From: Octopus sinensis
Lineage: Eukaryota
NCBI RefSeq assembly: GCF_006345805.1
Contig: NC_042997.1
Span: 47,554,001 to 47,618,000 of the forward strand
Reading direction: 5' to 3'
DNA: 64,000 nt
Positions 38,457 to 52,009 of this stretch are shown here, piece after piece; the first letter of the stretch is position 1, and every line of letters starts with the position of its first letter. The position numbers were made by a program, and so were the translations under genes. The notes under the pieces were generated by a model. That model saw only the letters and a program-made list of their open reading frames with translations, ran no database searches and was not told the DNA's origin.

Positions 38457-39079
38457 TGTGTGTGTGTAATGTACGTATGAAAGCACTATATGAGCATAAA
38501 AACATTTGATAAATGATACATACTATATACATATTCGGATTTAGATTGTAGCATTGTCTCACATCTAAATAGCGTGACGTTCAAAATAAATATATATTAG
38601 CTATCTTTTTGGCGATGATTGCTCAAATACACTGAGGTTAATTTTGCATGTTGACATTTAAAGGTCGATAAAAAAAGTACCAATCAAGTACTGGTGCTGA
38701 TGATATCGACAAACTCTTCCACTCACAACTGCTGGCTAAGTGCCAAAATTTAATATTAACACTTATATTCTCATTGTGAGTAAAAATAACTAATAATACA
38801 ATTGCGTCCACGAAAATTAAGTCTTTCGATCACAGTGTCTCTTAATTATCCACTAGCACTAATTAGTTCTCATCCAAGCATAATTTTAATTATAGTCTAC
38901 TGAATAAAGAAAAAAAAAAAAAAAAAACAGAAATATTTCTGATTGTCTTTTAAGAAACTAAGTGACTCATGCTACTGTTGTCCGTAAAAGCGTATATTTT
39001 GAATCGTTCAATAAATCAGTATTTATAAGACAATATCCACACAATTTTAAATTCTCTGATACGTAATTAGTACTGGTAA

Positions 39080-39461
39080 TCTCTCTCTATATAAAGCTGA
39101 AGTTGTCTGTGTATGGCAGGTTTAGTAGCCTATCACTATCTTCTCCGAGACCCTGCGGCGCAAGTTGACCAAAATTGAGAGTATGATAGAAGACTTGCTC
39201 TTCCTTCTGTAGAAGAAAAAATTCAAATCGGACCATGTTAACGCCAAAAATTATTTACATCAAAAAGGTGCTTTTTTTCTATGAAAATCCTTATGTTTTA
39301 CGATCTTTTACTTTTGTGTCGCCATTTTTCGGTGTATTTCCACCAGAAAAATGTTCACTTAAAGAGAATAATAAGCTGCATAATGCAAAATTTTTACTTT
39401 TCAAAAATTCCAATTCTAAAGGGTCGAAACAAACCCGAGCAACGCCGGCCGATACTGCTAG
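39080..39461 (+). mobile_element. Non-autonomous Helitron (382 bp)
   Basis: A|TC(TCTCTC)TATATAAAGC at the 5' end, subterminal hairpin CCGAGCAACGCCGG and 3' CTAG|T. Inserted between A and T with no target duplication. Confidence 0.8.
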
Positions 39462-39809
39462 TATATTATAATAATGCGCTCATACAATAATTATACATCT
39501 GCATTTAGTTAACTACATATATACAAACATTGTATGTTTATACTGTTGAATGTATATTGCATAGCTGCAATGGCTACTACAGAAAATATTCGATGTTGTA
39601 ACTTGAAAATGTGGCTTTTGTAAACCCTTTGATTAGCCCGGTGAAAATCAGTTGAAAGGGTTATTTCTTGTGAATACATTTAAGAACGTTCTTCTTTATA
39701 CTTCGTTGAATTTCTTACCTGCTATGTGCATAAATCCTCAGTCATACAGTATTATATTCCCAATAGTCTTATCAGATACTTTGATCAGGACGTGCAATTC
39801 AAAGGGATA

Positions 39810-39868
<59 letters not shown>

Positions 39869-40859
39869 CCAAGCTGTGCATCAAACAAAGCATCCTATGC
39901 TGAAGAGTAGATTAATATGTTATTTAGATCTCGAGGTGATAGTACCTCAAAAGTTCAATCAAGAACTGTTCGATTAAGTACATAGTGATTAATTCTCTGA
40001 AAGCCCTATGTTCTACTATGCTTTAATACAGTGCATGAAGCACTTAAGAGCCCTTTTGAGCCCTGGATATCATCTCTCTCTCTCTCTCTCTATGTATGTA
40101 TATCTATATCTATGAACAGATATATGAGTGTATATATGCACACATATATCTATTTGTGTATGCATGTATAAATGCACATTCAAAATGACACAGACATAGA
40201 CGACAACGCACACATATGCATGTTAACGAATGTACATACACATATCCTCACAGAGTAATGAATTCATACATATATACTTATACATATACACATATACATA
40301 GAATGAGTTCTTCATAGGCAGTAACACTGACGTAATATTCTGACGTGAATAAACCATTGAGCGATAAAGTCAACATGGTCGACTTTTCAGAAAAACACAG
40401 CTCGATAATCGGCATTTCGCTGAACCAAAGAATCCAAGGGTAAGCATGCAATTCCCTTTTGTGAAGAGGTCAATTACTAATGTAAGTAGTATTGTTATTC
40501 AATATTCATGCTTGAAAGATCACATTTATTTCCTTCACGTAAATAGTACATTGATTTCGTAGCTTTAGAAATTTGAAGCAGTTGGAAATTTCAAGAAGCT
40601 GGAAATAAAACTTGGAAAATCGTAAAGCGAATTTATCAATGCTTTTATGTGAATACATGGCGCACAATTAAATGTTTATGGTAGATAGAAATACTCGGTG
40701 CATGAGAATGTAATTCAAAAATATGCGCAATTAGGCTTTCCGTAATTGTTCATTACTTCTTTTAGTGTCTATGCAGATATGAGTAAACAGACTCATGCTA
40801 GCCTCCGCCTGCTCATCATTGGCACAAAGGCTTATCCGGGATGGGAGAGCTTTACGGCG

Positions 40860-41012
40860 CGAGTACTGGCACAGCATCTGGTTGGTATTGACTTAATGCA
40901 GAGAACACTGGAACGACTTGAAATGAAGAAATTTGCTCAGCGCTCTGCTAGCTCCAGAAATGGAACTCAACCTTCAAGTCAAATGCTGCATACGCTAACC
41001 ACTGGGCCGCGT
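40860..41012 (-). mobile_element. SINE family D-like, diverged
   Basis: CTTGAAATGAAGAAATTTGCTCAG...GGAACTCAACC...CTAACCACTGGGCC. Confidence 0.55.
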
Positions 41013-41029
41013 TCATATGTGTATTTGCG

Positions 41030-41235
41030 CATCTACGTGTGTGCGTGTGTACCGATGTGCGTATGTGTGTATATGTATGTATGTATTTATGTATGTATGT
41101 TTGTATGCATGTTTGTATATGTGTATGTATGAATGTATGTATGTTTGTATGTATGTATGTATGTATGTATGTATGTTTGTATGTATGGATGTATGTATGT
41201 ATGTATGTATGTATGTATGTATGTATGTATGTATA
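41030..41235. repeat. (ATGT)n tract
   Basis: Direct reading. Confidence 0.9.
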
Positions 41236-43124
41236 ATAGAAACGTCTTTAGCTTAAATGTTAAGTCTTCTATACTTTCTCTCCTCACCGTCAGAAATATG
41301 GCTGAGAGCACCCCTTTTTTTTCAATCTACAATAATTCAGCATCAGATGTTCAGATATTCATCAACTTTTGTGCATTATTGTGAAAAACAGAGGACATGT
41401 GTTTTGATATTTATATATGAACAAGTACACCAACAAGTTTTGTTGGTGTATCTATCACGAATAGTGCAAGTAAAAGGAAGGTCGTTGCTCACGCGTGTGA
41501 GGACCGTAAAAAATTGTGGTTATTGAAGAGAGTAAAGATGATGACCCAGAGACAGCAGTTTAGAAGATAAATGTTTCTCATGTCCCATGATTCAATAGTT
41601 GATAGAAATTGTAGTTATGATGGCTTAGTGAATGAAATACAGCAATATAGGAAACTGAGTTACTGAGCTACAGTGGTAAGAAATCCGTATTGGTGAGATC
41701 TTGACGAGATGAATACTACATATATATATATATATATATATGTAAACGTGAACTATCAATGAATAATTGTAGAATTAATCTGAAACTGATGAGCAGCGAT
41801 GAGGCAGAACTAAACGTTGGAGAAATAGTGTCGAGAAATGGAAAAAATAAAACCGAGGGATTACTGTGATAACAGAAAATGGTGTATGGTGTCCATATTG
41901 AACCAAATTCTATTGATGTTAGCGTAGTGAGAGAACACTGCCCAATGGAATTGCTTTCTCAATATAGATATATGTATGAGAATTATTTGAAAGCCGTTCG
42001 AAATATACACATGTAATATAAAAGCATCAGTATAATAATAACTACTACGATGACATTTTTCACAAATTTCCTTACAAAACAAGTTATCTTTGATAAACAA
42101 TCAATATTTATCCCAACTACAGCAATATATATGCAACATAATATAATAGAGTATAATTTAAAAATTATATCAAACTAAATAACTGAAAAGTTCTATAAAA
42201 ATATTAAAGACAAATCTTTATACCGGCGTCTCCTAAACTTTAGTATTCTATGTCAGAATATCTGTTTGCTTTATTCGATTGTATTGAATTTCAATATTTC
42301 TCACGAATAATTATGAATAGAAAAAAAGCGTTCAAGAAATATGCGACGAAATTCCTCTATCGATTCGGAATGTTATTGTACAAAGTTTGACCTTAGTATC
42401 GTAGTTTATTCTTCTTTTAAAAATTGTCGTCGGCAGACTAAACAGCTGTGATTGTCGAGTAGACTTCTTTCGGTTTCCTATAAAAAGCCATTCAAACAAT
42501 TATTTTGCCTCAAGAATGGAATTTATGACATTTGAACTTTCAGAATATACGTTTCTTTGCCGAAAAATAATTTTGTCGCAAAAAAAAGTTATTACAATAT
42601 TTCGTCGATGTTAACTTTACGTTTACAAATAGCGAACCTAAAATAAATGCACGGTATTTAAGAACGAAAATCATTAAACTGAATATAAAACTTTTAGAAC
42701 TTTGTAAACTGGCGTGAGAAATGAGACATTAAAATTTTGTATTTTAGTAATTATTATTTGAAGTAATATTTTCAGGTGTTATTGCGATATTTCTCCACTG
42801 TTCAAGTATGAAATAATCCTAAATTATATTTGCTCTATCATTGAATTTCTTGCTTCAACCAGACTTTATAACAAAATCGTTTCATACAGTGATAAATTGG
42901 ATAACTGAAGTGCTTTAGAAAAATTGTACTGAATATGATTTACACACGCAAATCAGAAGAGAATTGAGAATGGGATGAACATTTTCAATGAATTGTTACA
43001 TGATGATATTTTAAAATAACTGAATGTTTTTAATAATTCATTCATATACTGAAGGTTATTTTAACAGCACATGTACTCTTTCTCAATATGTTCTTTTCAA
43101 TTTGGAATTCATTCAATTTCTTTT

Positions 43125-43336
43125 TGTTTAATATGAGATTCGTTCAATCTAAGACACTTTGTTGCGAATGTAGGTAGATTGTACCCATCTCTGCAATGTC
43201 ATTATGTTTGCATATTCTACCGTATTATTCTGTTTAATATGAGATTCGTTGAATCGAAGACACTTTGTTGCGAATATAGGTAGATTGTACTCATCTCTGC
43301 GATGTCATTGTATCTGCATATTCTACCGTATATTCT
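43125..43336. repeat. Tandem duplication, 2 x 106 bp
   Basis: TGTTTAATATGAGATTCGTT...GACACTTTGTTGCGAAT...CATATTCTACCGTAT starts at 43125 and at 43231. Confidence 0.9.
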
Positions 43337-44127
43337 GCACATTTTACCGTATATTCTACGCAGTCATACTGATTATAATCAAGACCCAGGTTATAAAACG
43401 AAACAGTTGAATACTTCTGCAGAATAAATCAAAGATGAAATAATATAATAGTTATGTTTCTCATCTCAAATTGCTTTCCCAATCACAGCAAATGTCATCT
43501 GTTTATATACATGAAAGTGTTGCATAAATTGGTCTAAAATAATTTTGGAGTTATAACGTCAAGTTATAAAAACCAACTTATTTACCTAGTTTCTAAATTC
43601 ATTTCCTGCGCAGTAATAGCCATTGATTACTCCAAATCAAGCTGTTAATTACTAACCAGTCTGAACACCTAATACTGTAATGAATCAATTAGTGTCCAAA
43701 GAAATTTTGACATTGTTTCGAACTTGGTTTCGTTCAGGGTATGAAATATTCATATAGAGTAATTAAATCATATAACTCAGGGTGCGTTAGATAATGTATT
43801 TATATTTATATGTGTGTGTGTGTGTGTGTGCGTCTGTGTGTATAATATATCTTTGAATATATATATGCATGTGTGCGTGTGTGTCTATGTATGTATGTAA
43901 GTGTATATATTTAAATCTATATGTGTATGAGTGTGTTTAAGGCTAGTGTGCATTATACAAGCTTTTTTTTACAGTATTTTAGGGCGGAAATATTGCCTGT
44001 TACTAACATATGAGCATAATAATCTTTTACTCTTTCTTCCACTTCACGGAAGTGTTGATCAATACCTGATATTTAATTGATAAACCTATGAATAATTTTA
44101 CAACAATTTTGTGAAATTAGTATCTAA

Positions 44128-44212
44128 AAAATTAACATAATCTAAAAATTAGCATAATTTTAAAAATAGCATAATTTTTAAAAAATTAACATAATTTTAA
44201 AAAATTAGCATT
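44128..44212. repeat. AT-rich minisatellite, unit of about 17-19 bp (AAAAATTAGCATAATTT)
   Basis: About 5 imperfect copies. Confidence 0.75.
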
Positions 44213-45260
44213 TATTTCTGAGTTAGGGAAAACACTCCCATAAGCTTTAGTAATTTAATTTAACCAGTAGAAAATATCCTTCGAGAAGATATAACCGGTA
44301 AAGGTGGGGAGGTGGTGAAGCCTACATTGCAACATATAAGTAACAAGGAAACTATATACAAGTGTGCAGTTAACCAGATATTCACTGAGGCACAGTATGA
44401 AAGGTTGCCTCCATTTTTATGAAGTCAGTATGCCGCGTTATAAGAAAAACGTAATTGTTGTGTTAAGCCATATTTAATTTTATGAAAAAAATATTTGGAT
44501 TAAAATTCACTTTTTTCTCAAGTCAACTGCAGTCAGTTCCTTAGTATATACAGCAAGCTTATTGGTTCCCTATTCATGTGAAGGCGACACCGTCACAAAA
44601 CAATGTTATGCTTGCTCAGTAAGCGTTGGTCTTAAGTTAAGTAACATTAACCTCAAAACCAAGAAAAACTACCGCGATTTCATAAATAAAATAGAAAAAA
44701 CTCAATGCAAGGAACAGCGCTAATGCATTTCCCAGTAGTAAAGAAAAAAATATCTAATGTGAGGCAAGAATTAGTTTTTAATATATTGGCATAAATTCCA
44801 ATGAAAATAACTTATTCGTATGTATGCAAAATTTATCGAACCATAATTTATGAGCTATATGAAGTTAATACAAATTTACAAGGAGCAATGTCAAAATTAT
44901 TTTTCAATAAAATACCCTGAGTGGTAATATACAAAATGGCTAAGCAGATATTATTCAAACTTCTGACGACGTATTTACCAATATTAAGCGAAAATAATGA
45001 GAAAAATATTGACAAAAAGGTACATAATAGTTTCAATATATCATTTGTTTTAAAATACTTTCGTCACAAATTTTATTTAATAATTATGGCCTGATATAAA
45101 AATGTACGGTTATAAAAATGGATTATAATCTAGAAATAACGTAAATATATATTATACAGTTTCTCAGAATAAAAATTCTCTTCACACAAATACATGATTT
45201 GTTCGTGAGCACATACATATACATATAAATACAATTAAATAGATATATATGTTTGTATCA

Positions 45261-45304
<44 letters not shown>

Positions 45305-45389
45305 GCGCAAACATTTACATACACATACACACACCCAGACACACACATAATCATACACATACACACACCCAGACACACACATAATCATA

Positions 45390-46898
45390 CACTGCGTTTC
45401 AAATTACTAAGGATGCAACATTTTAAAAAATTTTATTGAAAACCTACTTGAAAGTCAACAATATTTTCACACAATAATGGCAACAGTTATATGCGCGTGA
45501 TGTGTAAAAGAATTCCGGTTACGCGAAACTACGGCCACTTACCAAATTTACGCAAACTTTCACTGTTTGAAATTATTAGCGAGGTATAATTAAAACTCAT
45601 ATAAAGAAGAAAATACCAATTTAATTGTTTGGTGCACACAAGGATATAAACACACAGTAATAAACAGGGGAGAAACAAATAAACAGCGTTCAAAAATGAT
45701 AGGTGAGTTGGCTAGTAGGGGTTATAGGGGTTGGAAAAGGCGCTGATCCTTGGAACATGCTAATTTCTAGATCTTCTCGGATGTTATACCACGAGATATT
45801 TCCACTATTGCCTGCCTCAGTTCATGCTTGCTCATAAATTGGCGTCCATTCTCGTAAATTCGTAACTTTAGAGTACTCCTGAAGTTTTCTATTGGGCTAA
45901 AGTTGGGGTAACAGGCAGGCCACTTCATCTACTTAGGTCCCCAGGAGCCTAATTGTTGCATATATTCCGTAGTTTTCTTCGCTGAGTGCGAGGGCACATT
46001 ATCTCGCATGAATTTTATAGTCTTGAAGGTGATCCTTTGCTTTTTTAACTAAGGTTCAATGTGCTCTTCCACAGAGGCTATGTAAGCATCTGCAGTCATT
46101 CTAACATTGTATGACACTTTCTAAGGACCAATCATAATACCGTCAATAATCACTGCCCATATCATGATGACTCCTCCCCCTTGTTGGCGTCTCAAGTGGT
46201 GATGACAATCTCGTCCATTTACAACCCATTCCTTGCTCCAGCCATCAGGTCCATCTAGGGTATCACGAGTTTCGTCTGTAAAGAAAACTTTTGAAAATTC
46301 GACCTTTATTTTATCTTCTGCCCACATTTCAGACGATTTTGTATGTGTATATTGTTTAAAGGAGGTCTTTTAACAGATACCACTGGTTTACCGATGTTCT
46401 GGACACCGTTGTTTTGCCAATGCTACTGAAAATTTCTCCACTTGTAAGACCTGGTTTCGTTATTGCTTCATGCTTAATTCATGAGAAACATCCCTAACTG
46501 ATCCTTGTCTGCTCTCTTACGTACCTTCGTAGGAGGTGTAATAAGGTTTTTCACAGTTCGGTGATATCTTCCAATTATTTGATATATTTCTAATGTTGAT
46601 CTTCCTTTGGAAAGTTCAGAAGTAATGACAGATTTCTCTGAAGCACTTAAGTTACATATATGACCCATAATCACACGATTATGAGATCACACTTTAATAA
46701 TTTGGAAAACTGAAAATTCGTGGAAATCATGCAAATGGCCACGGATTGTTTACACTTGGGCAAAAGTTCACGATGTTTACATACCCCGCGGATATAACGG
46801 TTGATATCCTTCTCTAGAGATTTCTCTGAATTCCAGCGAGTAGTTTTTAAATGAAGTTTTTTTGAAATATTAAATCGTTAATAATTTGAAACACGGTG
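45390..46898 (-). mobile_element. Near full-length Tc1-like DD37E transposon (about 1.5 kb), transposase pseudogenised
   Basis: TIRs CACTGCGTTTCAAATTACTAA (45390) and TTAATAATTTGAAACACGGTG (to 46898), with TA on the left. Remnants: N-terminal HTH (46474-46674), FFTDE..LDGPDG..RQQGGGVIMIWA, and D-NVPSH...WPACYPNFSPI-E with 37 codons between D and E. Confidence 0.9.
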
Positions 46899-46900
46899 TC

Positions 46901-47780
46901 CGGGGCACCTAAAATTATCCGGAAACGTTCTCTGTGGGACAAATCCGTAGTAGTTCAGGTTTCCGCTGCTAGAAGCCACTTGATGTGAAATTCTGGCATC
47001 TGTCTTCCAAGGGATGTCCTCACCTAAGTCGTACTACACGTGATGCGTTTTTGGTTTGTAGTGCTTCTCCCCTGTTCATCGATTTTGCGATGCTCGAAAC
47101 AAAGGAAAATCGTGCTTCTGTGACATTCTGTTTTCTGCTGGGGAAAACAGCGACCGAAACAGTTGTGTTTTCAACAGTCTACAAGGATGCTGCTATGAGC
47201 AAAACACAAATTTAAGAGATGTTTCTACGCTTTAGTAATAGTCTCTAGTTTGAAGACCAACCTTCCCCCACCCCCGCCCACCGAACGAATGAAAACGTCA
47301 TGAAAATTCATGAGGTGTTCTCGGAGGACCGTCACTGAATAATTGATGATATTATTGGTCTGTCCTCAAGCTCCTGCCAACGAGTTTTGAGCGAGGAACT
47401 GCGAATGAAAGGAATTGCAGCAGAATTTGTGACTCGCTTTCTTGCAGATCAAAAGCAGTTACGGTTGAATGCGTGTCGTGAACTGAAAGAATAGTTGGAA
47501 GTTCATCGGGATATTTTTTCGACGATCATCACTGGTGACCAAAGCTGGGGCTACAGAATTTGCAGATGTGAAAGAGGTGAAGAAAAAAACGACGGATGCG
47601 TTAAACGACATCGTTTCGCAAGTATTCTGGCACTGCTTCAGACAGCGGAAAATGCGCCAGCTTCAATACATTACTTCAACTGTAGAACACTTTGAAGGCG
47701 ATAAAAGTGTAAAGATGTAAAACTAATTGAATAAATGTAATATTGCAAATTCCGGTTTGATTTGGAGGCCCCCACTTTCG
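46901..47780 (+). mobile_element. Internally deleted degenerate mariner abutting the DD37E element
   Basis: ENRASVTFCFLLGKTATET..., LSEELRMKGIAAEFV, STIITGDQSWGY, then a jump to EFADVKEVKKKTT...FEGDK. TIR-like GGGGCACCTAAAATTATCCGGAA and ATTCCGGTTTGATTTGGAGGCCCCC. Confidence 0.8.

Positions 47781-47868
<88 letters not shown>
47781..47868. repeat. (TA)n
   Basis: Direct reading. Confidence 0.95.
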
Positions 47869-47871
<3 letters not shown>

Positions 47872-48159
47872 TTTAAACATTCAACCGTTTATATTTTCCA
47901 CTTTCCCGTCTTTTCTCCTTTTTTCCCTAATCCTATAAGTCCTGTTTTTTTTGTTTTTTTGTTTTGTTGTTATACCCTGCGACCACAAACTGTGTATTGC
48001 GTGAAGGCATCAGACGTGTTCAGAAATACTGTCTGGGTTGCCTTCATCACAGAGGGAACTAGTAGTAGATCATTAAAATATATACTGTGTTTATAAAATT
48101 TTATGTATATATAAATATACACACACAAACACATAATACATACGTACACAGTAATATGC

Positions 48160-48220
<61 letters not shown>

Positions 48221-48455
48221 GTAGGGATTATATTATTTCCTATTTAATTATTGTTTTGGCACTTATTGATTTTTAGAATAAAGTATTTATAGTATATGTT
48301 TTCTAAATAGAGTGAATAACATCTTTCATTATTGAATTGTTTAATAGACGTTTTTCTCTAAATGATATATATATATATATAGATAGATAGATATATAATA
48401 TATATATATATGTAGACATACATAATACATACAAACACAGCCATGCATATACGTG

Positions 48456-48528
<73 letters not shown>

Positions 48529-48649
48529 ATATGTATGTATAATTATTAATATTAGGGAAGTTATTTCCGTGTCCACAGGGGAGAGAAATTCAATTTAGTG
48601 GTACTAAAATGAATTTCACGCTGTATTATATACATATATATATACATAG

Positions 48650-48972
48650 GTTTAAGAGACAGAATCACCTTCAATTAACTGAAGCAACTTTGAACGACAT
48701 TATCTTTGATAGAGATATATAAGATTATCTTTTATCAAAATTAATGTCTACGATTACTATTCTTAATTTATTTAGACAACGCGTGTTTCATGACAATATA
48801 CCGATAGATATATTGTCATGAAAGGCGCGTTGTTTAAACAATTTCATTTAATATATGGTTCAGAATAGTAATGGTAGATTCTAATTTTGATAAAAGTTAA
48901 CCTTATATATTTCTATCATAGATAACGTTGTTCGATGTTGTTTGAGTTGCTTGAAGGTGGTTCTGTCTCTTA

Positions 48973-48975
<3 letters not shown>
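48650..48975. mobile_element. Fold-back element 1 (326-bp imperfect palindrome, MITE-like) flanked by TA-rich tracts
   Basis: GTTTAAGAGACAGAATCACCTTCAA... pairs with ...TTGAAGGTGGTTCTGTCTCTTAAAC. Pairing continues to an 8-nt loop at 48801-48808. Confidence 0.8.
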
Positions 48976-49016
<41 letters not shown>

Positions 49017-49018
49017 AT

Positions 49019-49071
<53 letters not shown>

Positions 49072-49075
<4 letters not shown>

Positions 49076-49415
49076 TCTGTTGTGTCTGGGGAGTGTCATT
49101 CTCTTTTGGTGCTTTATAATTTAACACATTCACCGGTGAAATTTTCACTCATTTCTTTTTTATTCTTTTAAAATTTTCGTTGCGTCTTACAACCTTTTCA
49201 ATAATTTTGACCTTTTGAGAGTCAAAACTAGTCATAAGGTTGCAATACGGAACGAAAATTTTAGAAATATAAAAAGAGATAAGAGGAAATTTTACTGGTG
49301 TGTGTGTTAAATTATAAGGCACCAAAAGAGAATGACATTCCCCAGACACAACAGAATATGCTTCAACACACAAACTCGCATAAAGAATCTTGCAAACGAA
49401 ATCCAAAAACGAAAT
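49072..49415. mobile_element. Fold-back element 2 (288-bp imperfect palindrome 49072-49359 plus an unpaired extension of about 56 bp) between (TA)n tracts
   Basis: ATATTCTGTTGTGTCTGGGGAGTGTCATTCTCTTTTGGTGC pairs with GCACCAAAAGAGAATGACATTCCCCAGACACAACAGAATAT. The centre is TTTTGAC-cttttgaga-GTCAAAA. Confidence 0.8.
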
Positions 49416-49428
49416 ATATATATATATA

Positions 49429-49459
<31 letters not shown>

Positions 49460-49464
49460 ATGTA

Positions 49465-49503
<39 letters not shown>

Positions 49504-51139
49504 TATATATACATAAAGAGAGAGATATAGATATATGCATATGTATTTATATATATATATGTGTGTGTGTGCAAGCGTGCGTATGTGAATATTGTCATAA
49601 TTATTCAGAATAATGTTGGAAATTTAAAGAAAAAAGGAAGCTATTCTACTTAAGTTTCTTCATACAATTAAGAGGAAGATACCTGATAATATGAGGTTGA
49701 CTGATTTCTTGAATTAACAAACATCTTCAAGCGCCATGGGCCTCTTTTTGCTCGCCAGTGATGTTCGAAGATAAATTATTTGTCAATGAGTGGACGAAAT
49801 GTTTCCTTGCATTCGATCCTTTCAAGGCCCCACTAACGTCTTGATGCCAGTTGCATTGTTTATAAACCACTATGCTTTTTAGTAAAAATTGGTTTTGTGT
49901 GTTGAAAGCTGTTAAAAGATTATGTAATTTAATGTTTTCTTAGTTGACTAACAAATTTAACCCTGTTCTTTCTAGCAAAGAGGCGCTGATGATCAGTGTG
50001 ATAGATCAATATATTAATCTTCATCATATAACTTTAGAAAGAAGAGCAAGGTACTTCTTGGGCCTAAAGAGAATCTGCGACTTACATATATTATTAATAA
50101 TATCTATGATGTAATGTGAACATAAAAAGTAATTCATATTGTTATATTTTGTATAGGTTATTAATTATTAAACATAATTGTCATACAGAGCAAGAAGGTA
50201 TAGTGATGGGGTTATCTCTTGCCATTAACTAGCATTAGCTCATTTTAATATTTGACTGGTATATTTAGACATCGTTAAAACTGTCATAGAAAATCTCATC
50301 AATGAATCATAAGATCGTTATCAATGTTTCATGTTATGATGTGTGTGTTTGTGCTTAGCGTGTCTATGCAGCTCAGTTATTATGACTTATAGTTATTAGA
50401 AGTCAATGACTGACATTACAGACACTATGTCTGTCTTAACTTATCTTCAAATTTTTACACAAAGTAAATACAGATATCCACTCAAAGTATACGAACAACG
50501 TACATTTTACCAAGTATGATTCAGAAATTATATGATTGTGAACTTCACAGACATGTTATCTGGAAAATATTCTTCATGCTAGACTTGCAACTCATGTCGA
50601 AAACAAATTGTTTATTCTTAAAAGAATGTTTGAGGAGAAAGCAAGAGTTCAATAAATAAACTAATACAATAAATAGTCACTAGAAACATAGGACAGAGTA
50701 CCATAAAAATGTCAGAGAGGACTTTGTTAACATCCAGTGAGGAAGAATATCTCATCGACGGAAAAAGAAATACCACCATACATTACAAGTGTGCTATTCA
50801 ACATCTTTATCACAAGAATGTTTTTTCAAATGGACTTGTTTAAACATCAATAACGTTGACTATCTGGCTATTAATATCTTTAATCATACAAATAGACAAA
50901 ATTTTATCAATCAGCAGTGAGCAGTACGAGAGCATGACACGAATGAGGCCACCATAGTGCAAACAAAGAGTGGAGCTGGATGTATTTAGTGCCAGAATTA
51001 TTCGCTTCTCTCCCGATTACACGATGGGATCCTGCATAGATAAATATAGTTTAAAAATTTTAATGGAAAATTAGCTAACATATTTAGATGTAAATGAGTA
51101 ATACATGAATCGTTCGGAAAGAGGTGAGCCATTGTAGAC

Positions 51140-51578
51140 TTTAAAATACTTAAAACAATGAACAAAACTTTTGGCTCACACAAAATTATCAAAAGCAAAA
51201 TGCAGCCTAAATCATTGAAAAAATATTAAGCAGCGCAAGACTATATCCATTAACAACAGAACCAAAAGTTAAAATATGTGGTCGACCTAACTGTGGTAAA
51301 TGCCCTGACTTTTTGGAGGGTTTAGAGTTCTACTTTAAACAAGGTGAAATAGTTAAGATTAAATCAAATTTCACCTGTGCCTCGGAAAATCTAATCTATG
51401 CCATTACCTGCTTAAGGTGTGGTAATAATTATATTGGCCAAGCAAGAATATCACCATTCCTTGAATATCCATATCCGCAATATCATGTATATATAGCCCG
51501 GATATGAGTATTCAAGGAATGAATAGAGAAGCAACTTTCATCAATAGATATCTTCCACAACTCAATCTAAACACATAA
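51140..51578 (+). mobile_element. Penelope-like element remnant: GIY-YIG endonuclease region
   Basis: KIIKSKMQPKSLKK..LSSA..PKVKICGRPNCGKC...FTCASENLIYAITCLRCGNNYIGQ, an internal deletion, then NREATFINRYLPQLNLNT* (TAA at 51576-51578). LIY..C..C...YIGQ is the PLE GIY-YIG signature. Confidence 0.9.
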
Positions 51579-52009
51579 CATAATACAGAACACTACTAAC
51601 CTTTCAATTAACACTACTAACCCCCATATATCCCATACACCATTCACGCTACAGATCTATATCTACCCCAATTGCACCAAATCCAGAACTACTTACCTCC
51701 CTTACTCATAATCTCTTTACTAGGGGACTAGTAGACCTGACACCGTTCAGTAATCGGTGTGCATTCAAAGCAATTATTAGTAATTTTACTAAACCGGTAT
51801 GCTCTTAAATCTCTTTAAAAATTCAGAATAATGACTTTTATTACTTTTATTCCTACCTCAGTTCCTGTAATTGTATATATCTATCGTTATTTTCCATAAA
51901 AACCTTTACTTTTCTGATTTTCAATGTGCATTTTCACTTATTCGTCTTCGTTCTTTCCCCTAACATTTCCACGTGTAGCTTCAATTTTCTTTTTGTAACA
52001 TTTTTCTAT

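Noticed and set aside
40391-40439. Plus-strand candidate micro-exon (TTTTCAG ... AAGG|GTAAGC, 49 nt)
   Set aside because: The splice-like motifs alone are common in 64 kb. It has no coding signature and lies opposite the PAN gene.
41787-41835. CTGATGAG...GAAA...GTC
   Set aside because: The helix II closing pair and helix I do not form.
47990-48052. Hairpin GTGAAGGCATCAGAC...GTCTGGGTTGCCTTCATCAC with TGATGA on the minus strand
   Set aside because: No GAAA after the helix, so it is not a hammerhead. It is probably TE-derived.
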